Assembly (NCBI RefSeq): GCF_003334815.1
Contig: NZ_QOWO01000011.1
Source: Escherichia coli
Lineage (GTDB): Bacteria > Pseudomonadota > Gammaproteobacteria > Enterobacterales > Enterobacteriaceae
Direction: 5' to 3' (one strand)
Length of the DNA: 64,000 bases
Of the stretch, positions 54,512-64,000 are shown piece by piece. Positions within the stretch are counted from its first letter, which is position 1, and each line of letters begins with the position of its first letter. A program made the translations under genes and the position numbers. The notes beneath the pieces were generated by a model, which worked only from the letters and a program-made list of their open reading frames with translations, was not told the origin of the DNA and ran no database searches.

Positions 54512-56316
54512 TGGAAGGTTCCGATTTTTTACTCGCAGGAGTGCTGTTTCTCTTCGCGGCGGTGGCTGCGGTGCCGCTGGCATCGCGGCTGGGTATTGGC
54601 GCTGTGTTGGGATATTTGCTGGCAGGGATTGCAATTGGCCCGTGGGGGCTGGGGTTTATTAGCGACGTCGATGAGATCCTCCACTTTTCGGAACTCGGCG
54701 TGGTATTCCTGATGTTTATCATCGGCCTTGAGTTGAATCCCTCCAAACTTTGGCAACTGCGGCGTTCGATTTTTGGCGTAGGCGCGGCACAGGTGCTGTT
54801 AAGCGCGGCGTTGCTGGCGGGATTATTGATGCTGACGGATTTCGCCTGGCAGGCGGCGGTGGTCGGTGGCATTGGCCTTGCGATGTCTTCAACTGCAATG
54901 GCGTTGCAATTGATGCGTGAGAAAGGGATGAATCGCAGCGAATCCGGCCAGCTCGGGTTTTCGGTTCTGCTGTTTCAGGATCTGGCAGTAATCCCAGCAC
55001 TGGCGTTAGTGCCGTTGTTGGCGGGGTCGGCAGACGAACATTTCGACTGGATGAAGGTCGGCATGAAGGTGCTGGCGTTTGTCGGCATGCTGATTGGTGG
55101 GCGCTATTTACTGCGTCCGGTATTCCGCTTTATTGCAGCTTCTGGCGTGCGGGAAGTGTTCACCGCCGCGACGCTGCTGCTGGTGTTGGGTTCCGCATTG
55201 TTTATGGATGCGCTGGGGCTGTCGATGGCGCTCGGTACATTTATTGCGGGCGTGCTGCTGGCGGAAAGTGAATATCGCCATGAACTGGAAACGGCTATCG
55301 ATCCCTTCAAAGGCTTGCTGCTCGGTTTGTTCTTTATCTCTGTCGGCATGTCACTCAACCTCGGGGTGCTTTATACCCATCTGTTGTGGGTAGTGATAAG
55401 CGTGGTTGTGCTGGTGGCGGTGAAAATTCTCGTGCTGTATCTGCTGGCGCGATTGTATGGCGTGCGTAGCTCAGAGCGGATGCAGTTTGCTGGCGTGTTG
55501 AGTCAGGGTGGTGAGTTTGCCTTTGTCCTCTTTTCTACCGCTTCTTCACAACGCTTATTCCAGGGCGACCAGATGGCGTTGTTGCTGGTGACGGTGACGC
55601 TTTCCATGATGACCACGCCGTTGCTGATGAAGCTGGTGGATAAATGGCTATCCCGCCAGTTTAACGGACCGGAAGAAGAAGACGAAAAACCGTGGGTCAA
55701 CGATGATAAACCCCAGGTCATTGTCGTGGGCTTCGGGCGTTTTGGTCAGGTGATTGGTCGTTTGCTGATGGCAAATAAAATGCGCATTACCGTGCTGGAG
55801 CGGGATATCAGCGCCGTTAACCTGATGCGTAAATACGGCTACAAAGTTTATTACGGCGACGCCACGCAGGTCGATCTTTTACGTTCTGCGGGTGCAGAGG
55901 CCGCTGAGTCTATCGTCATTACCTGTAACGAGCCGGAAGACACCATGAAGCTGGTGGAAATATGCCAACAGCACTTTCCGCATTTGCATATTCTTGCGCG
56001 AGCGCGCGGACGTGTGGAAGCGCATGAGTTATTACAGGCAGGGGTGACGCAGTTTTCCCGTGAAACATTCTCCAGTGCGTTAGAGCTGGGGCGCAAGACG
56101 CTGGTCACGCTTGGCATGCATCCGCATCAGGCACAGCGAGCGCAACTGCATTTTCGCCGCCTGGATATGCGGATGCTGCGAGAGCTCATCCCAATGCATG
56201 CCGATACCGTACAAATTTCTCGCGCCAGGGAAGCCCGACGCGAACTGGAAGAGATTTTCCAGCGTGAAATGCAACAAGAACGACGCCAGCTGGACGGCTG
56301 GGATGAATTTGAGTAG
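54511..56316 (+). CDS. kefB: Glutathione-gated K+ efflux system KefB
   Basis: 601 aa with a CPA2 membrane domain plus a C-terminal KTN/RCK fold ([15 protein letters not shown]). Confidence 0.95.
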   Translation: MEGSDFLLAGVLFLFAAVAAVPLASRLGIGAVLGYLLAGIAIGPWGLGFISDVDEILHFSELGVVFLMFIIGLELNPSKLWQLRRSIFGVGAAQVLLSAALLAGLLMLTDFAWQAAVVGGIGLAMSSTAMALQLMREKGMNRSESGQLGFSVLLFQDLAVIPALALVPLLAGSADEHFDWMKVGMKVLAFVGMLIGGRYLLRPVFRFIAASGVREVFTAATLLLVLGSALFMDALGLSMALGTFIAGVLLAESEYRHELETAIDPFKGLLLGLFFISVGMSLNLGVLYTHLLWVVISVVVLVAVKILVLYLLARLYGVRSSERMQFAGVLSQGGEFAFVLFSTASSQRLFQGDQMALLLVTVTLSMMTTPLLMKLVDKWLSRQFNGPEEEDEKPWVNDDKPQVIVVGFGRFGQVIGRLLMANKMRITVLERDISAVNLMRKYGYKVYYGDATQVDLLRSAGAEAAESIVITCNEPEDTMKLVEICQQHFPHLHILARARGRVEAHELLQAGVTQFSRETFSSALELGRKTLVTLGMHPHQAQRAQLHFRRLDMRMLRELIPMHADTVQISRAREARRELEEIFQREMQQERRQLDGWDEFE

Positions 56317-56325
56317 AGGGTAAAG

Positions 56326-56526
56326 ATGGCAATCCGAAAACGTTTTATTGCGGGCGCAAAATGCCCGGCCTGTCAGGCGCAGGATTCAATGGCGATGTGG
56401 CGCGAAAATAATATTGATATTGTTGAATGTGTTAAGTGCGGACATCAGATGCGAGAAGCAGACAAAGAAGCCCGCGATCACGTTCGCAAAGATGAGCAAG
56501 TGATCGGGATTTTTCATCCGGACTAG
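56326..56526 (+). CDS. yheV: Small zinc-ribbon protein
   Basis: 66 aa with CPAC...CVKCGH (two CxxC pairs). Confidence 0.85.
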   Translation: MAIRKRFIAGAKCPACQAQDSMAMWRENNIDIVECVKCGHQMREADKEARDHVRKDEQVIGIFHPD

Positions 56527-56620
56527 CGATATGCGCCGAGTTTTTTTAAGCTAGTGAGTACACGGCTGCAGAATTCCGCTACAATCTGCGCCACTATTCT
56601 TCCCATGCTCAGGAGATATC

Positions 56621-57211
56621 ATGAAAGTAGCAAAAGACCTGGTGGTCAGCCTGGCCTATCAGGTACGTACAGAAGACGGTGTGTTGGTTGATGAGTCTCC
56701 GGTGAGTGCGCCGCTGGACTACCTGCATGGTCACGGTTCCCTGATCTCTGGCCTGGAAACGGCGCTGGAAGGTCATGAAGTTGGCGACAAATTTGATGTC
56801 GCTGTTGGCGCGAACGACGCTTACGGTCAGTACGACGAAAACCTGGTGCAACGTGTTCCTAAAGACGTATTTATGGGCGTTGATGAACTGCAGGTAGGTA
56901 TGCGTTTCCTGGCTGAAACCGACCAGGGTCCGGTACCGGTTGAAATCACTGCGGTTGAAGACGATCACGTCGTGGTTGATGGTAACCACATGCTGGCCGG
57001 TCAGAACCTGAAATTCAACGTTGAAGTTGTGGCGATTCGCGAAGCGACTGAAGAAGAACTGGCTCATGGTCACGTTCACGGCGCGCACGATCACCACCAC
57101 GATCACGACCACGACGGTTGCTGCGGCGGTCATGGCCACGATCACGGTCATGAACACGGTGGCGAAGGCTGCTGTGGCGGTAAAGGCAACGGCGGTTGCG
57201 GTTGCCACTAA
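56621..57211 (+). CDS. slyD: FKBP-type PPIase/metallochaperone SlyD
   Basis: 196 aa with an FKBP core and a His/Cys/Asp-rich tail (HGHVHGAHDHHHDHDHDGCCGGHGHDHGHEHGGEGCCGGKGNGGCGCH). Confidence 0.97.
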   Translation: MKVAKDLVVSLAYQVRTEDGVLVDESPVSAPLDYLHGHGSLISGLETALEGHEVGDKFDVAVGANDAYGQYDENLVQRVPKDVFMGVDELQVGMRFLAETDQGPVPVEITAVEDDHVVVDGNHMLAGQNLKFNVEVVAIREATEEELAHGHVHGAHDHHHDHDHDGCCGGHGHDHGHEHGGEGCCGGKGNGGCGCH

Positions 57212-57225
57212 TACCGAAAAAGTGA

Positions 57226-57254
57226 CAAAAAAGCGGGGAATCCCCGCTTTTTTT
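57226..57254. terminator. Bidirectional terminator (slyD / slyX)
   Basis: caaaaaagcgggga-a-tccccgcttttttt has an A-run and a T-run on either side of a GC stem. Confidence 0.85.
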
Positions 57255-57259
57255 ACGCC

Positions 57260-57478
57260 TCAATAATGTGGCGGTGGCGTTTCTTCAGCCTGCGACGCGA
57301 TGTTCGACGGCTGGCTGGCTTTTAACTTCTCGGTCAGCAGACGCAGATGATCGCGCAGTTTCGCCATCTCCATTTCATGAGCGGTCACCGTGACGTTCAG
57401 TTCTTCAATGGTGATTTCCTGAAAAGCCAGTCGGCTCTCCAGCTCTGCCAGGCGTGCTTCCAATGATAAATCCTGCAT
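57260..57478 (-). CDS. slyX: SlyX coiled-coil protein
   Basis: 72 aa starting [28 protein letters not shown]. Confidence 0.9.
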
Positions 57479-57558
57479 GATTCACCTCTTTTGTCGAATG
57501 GTCGCCGCGGATTCTACTTAACTTTGCTGCCCGAGACAGCACTCATTTCGCGGTCATC

Positions 57559-57586
57559 GAAACTAATTTAAACAAAAAGAGTCTGA
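57559..57586 (+). promoter_or_regulatory. Candidate sigma-E promoter for fkpA
   Basis: gaaacta (compare GGAACTT), a 16-nt spacer, then tctga (57582-57586). It lies about 110 nt upstream of the fkpA ATG. fkpA is a known sigma-E regulon member. Confidence 0.5.
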
Positions 57587-57698
57587 AAATAGATGATAAT
57601 AGGGCGTGTCTGTATGTAGATTTGTTCGACAACGCTTTATAGTACCCTTCTGATAATAGTTAACCCTGGGGTGAGATGCCCCGATCCTGGAGATATGG

Positions 57699-58511
57699 AT
57701 GAAATCACTGTTTAAAGTAACGCTGCTGGCGACCACAATGGCCGTTGCCCTGCATGCACCAATCACTTTTGCTGCTGAAGCTGCAAAACCTGCTACAGCT
57801 GCTGACAGCAAAGCAGCGTTCAAAAATGACGATCAGAAATCAGCTTATGCACTGGGTGCCTCGCTGGGTCGTTACATGGAAAACTCTCTAAAAGAACAAG
57901 AAAAACTGGGCATCAAACTGGATAAAGATCAGCTGATCGCTGGTGTTCAGGATGCATTTGCTGATAAGAGCAAACTCTCCGACCAAGAGATCGAACAGAC
58001 TCTACAAGCATTCGAAGCTCGCGTGAAGTCTTCTGCTCAGGCGAAGATGGAAAAAGACGCGGCTGATAACGAAGCAAAAGGTAAAGAGTACCGCGAGAAA
58101 TTTGCCAAAGAGAAAGGTGTGAAAACCTCTTCAACTGGTCTGGTTTATCAGGTAGTAGAAGCCGGTAAAGGCGAAGCACCGAAAGACAGCGATACTGTTG
58201 TAGTGAACTACAAAGGTACGCTGATCGACGGTAAAGAGTTCGACAACTCTTACACCCGTGGTGAACCGCTTTCTTTCCGTCTGGACGGTGTTATCCCGGG
58301 TTGGACAGAAGGTCTGAAGAACATCAAGAAAGGCGGTAAGATCAAACTGGTTATTCCACCAGAACTGGCTTACGGCAAAGCGGGTGTTCCGGGGATCCCA
58401 CCGAATTCTACCCTGGTGTTTGACGTAGAGCTGCTGGATGTGAAACCAGCGCCGAAGGCTGATGCAAAGCCGGAAGCTGATGCGAAAGCCGCAGATTCTG
58501 CTAAAAAATAA
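57699..58511 (+). CDS. fkpA: Periplasmic FKBP-type PPIase/chaperone FkpA
   Basis: 270 aa with a signal peptide (...PITFAA) and an FKBP domain (VNYKGTLIDGKEFDNSY...LVFDVELL). Confidence 0.96.
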   Translation: MKSLFKVTLLATTMAVALHAPITFAAEAAKPATAADSKAAFKNDDQKSAYALGASLGRYMENSLKEQEKLGIKLDKDQLIAGVQDAFADKSKLSDQEIEQTLQAFEARVKSSAQAKMEKDAADNEAKGKEYREKFAKEKGVKTSSTGLVYQVVEAGKGEAPKDSDTVVVNYKGTLIDGKEFDNSYTRGEPLSFRLDGVIPGWTEGLKNIKKGGKIKLVIPPELAYGKAGVPGIPPNSTLVFDVELLDVKPAPKADAKPEADAKAADSAKK

Positions 58512-58519
58512 GCATTAAG

Positions 58520-58550
58520 AACCGCCGCCTGACCAGGCGGCGGTTTTTTT
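58520..58550 (+). terminator. fkpA intrinsic terminator
   Basis: aaccgccgcct-gacc-aggcggcggtt followed by a T7 run. Confidence 0.9.
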
Positions 58551-58677
58551 ATTACAGGCCGGATATAATTAGTGCTGGAAAGCGGAACCTCCGCTGTATT
58601 AATTTAGTTACCCGCATCATTAATGAGCCTGCCCTGAAAAGTTAACGACAGGCTCCTGAAAAGGAGTGTTTTTTTTC

Positions 58678-59785
<1,108 letters not shown>

Positions 59786-59786
<1 letters not shown>

Positions 59787-60145
59787 TGAAACGAATTGCG
59801 TTTGTTTTTTCTACTGCACCTCATGGTACAGCCGCAGGCCGGGAAGGTTTAGATGCTTTACTGGCAACTTCCGCATTAACTGACGATCTGGCTGTCTTCT
59901 TTATAGCTGATGGCGTTTTTCAGCTGCTGCCAGGACAAAAGCCCGATGCAGTGCTGGCGCGTGATTACATTGCCACTTTTAAATTGTTGGGTCTGTACGA
60001 CATTGAACAGTGCTGGGTTTGTGCGGCTTCACTGCGCGAACGCGGGTTAGATCCGCAGACACCCTTTGTTGTCGAAGCCACGCCGCTCGAAGCAGATGCC
60101 TTACGCCGCGAACTCGCCAACTACGATGTTATTTTGAGGTTTTGA
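59786..60145 (+). CDS. tusC: Sulfur relay TusC
   Basis: 119 aa DsrF-like protein. The start overlaps the tusD stop (TGATG). Confidence 0.93.
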
Positions 60146-60152
60146 GGCGTTT

Positions 60153-60440
60153 ATGCTGCACACATTACATCGCTCACCCTGGCTGACGGATTTTGCTGCG
60201 CTGCTGCGTCTGCTCAGTGAAGGAGACGAACTGCTATTATTGCAAGATGGCGTAACTGCCGCAGTTGACGGTAACCGCTACCTTGAAAGTCTGCGTAATG
60301 CCCCCATTAAGGTCTATGCCCTGAACGAAGACCTTATTGCCCGCGGTTTGACTGGTCAAATTTCGAACGACATCATTCTCATTGACTATACTGATTTCGT
60401 CAGACTTACGGTTAAGCACCCCAGCCAGATGGCCTGGTGA
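60153..60440 (+). CDS. tusB: Sulfur relay TusB
   Basis: 95 aa DsrH-like protein. Confidence 0.92.
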   Translation: MLHTLHRSPWLTDFAALLRLLSEGDELLLLQDGVTAAVDGNRYLESLRNAPIKVYALNEDLIARGLTGQISNDIILIDYTDFVRLTVKHPSQMAW

Positions 60441-60462
60441 TGGCGGGATCGTTGTATATTTC

Positions 60463-61507
<1,045 letters not shown>

Positions 61508-61591
61508 TCCCTTCGGAGTTTTAGTCACCAGGCGGGCGCTTCCAGTAAGCAGCCCGCTTTGGGCTACTTAAATTGAACGCCTAAAAGATAA

Positions 61592-63718
<2,127 letters not shown>

Positions 63719-63731
63719 GCCTAAGGGTTAA

Positions 63732-64000
<269 letters not shown>

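Noticed and set aside
56609-57208. 199-aa ORF antisense to slyD with VVVIVVV runs
   Set aside because: It mirrors the His/Asp-rich slyD tail (cac/gac codons read as gtg/gtc). It is not an independent gene.

Overview
The window is Escherichia coli core chromosome. It runs from the 3' part of envZ (nt 1) to the 5' part of tufA (nt 64000). Gene order, as I recognise it from the translated ORFs: envZ, pck, yhgE, hslO-hslR-yrfG, igaA, nudE, mrcA, hofMNOPQ, aroK-aroB-damX-dam-rpe-gph-trpS, yhfZYXW-php-yhfUTS, frlRDCBA, yhfL, cysG-nirC-nirD-nirB, tsgA, ppiA, yhfG-fic-pabA, argD, yhfK, crp, yhfA, prkB, yheU-yheT-yheS, kefG-kefB-yheV, slyD, slyX, fkpA, yheO-tusDCB, rpsL-rpsG-fusA-tufA. This is the reverse-complement orientation of the K-12 map. 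I found about 66 protein genes, including two (yhfL, yhfG) that fall below the ORF-track size cutoff. I saw no rRNA, tRNA, CRISPR array, IS element, integrase or prophage gene. REP/BIME-type palindromes and hairpin terminators sit in several intergenic gaps. Recognisable regulatory sites include a perfect FNR box plus a NarL/NarP 7-2-7 site at pnirB, the str-operon promoter, and CRP sites at crp and ppiA. I do not see a clearly novel system. Most of the window is ordinary, well-studied housekeeping DNA. The one real structural anomaly is a perfect 50-bp tandem duplication (29341-29440) that frameshifts yhfS, the last gene of the functionally unassigned eight-gene yhfZ-yhfS cluster. That cluster is the best candidate here for undescribed biology. 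rpsG ends at a TAA that gives the 156-aa (E. coli B-type) S7 rather than the 179-aa K-12 form, so the strain is probably not K-12. All gene names come from my recognition of translated sequence and motifs. No alignments or searches were run.
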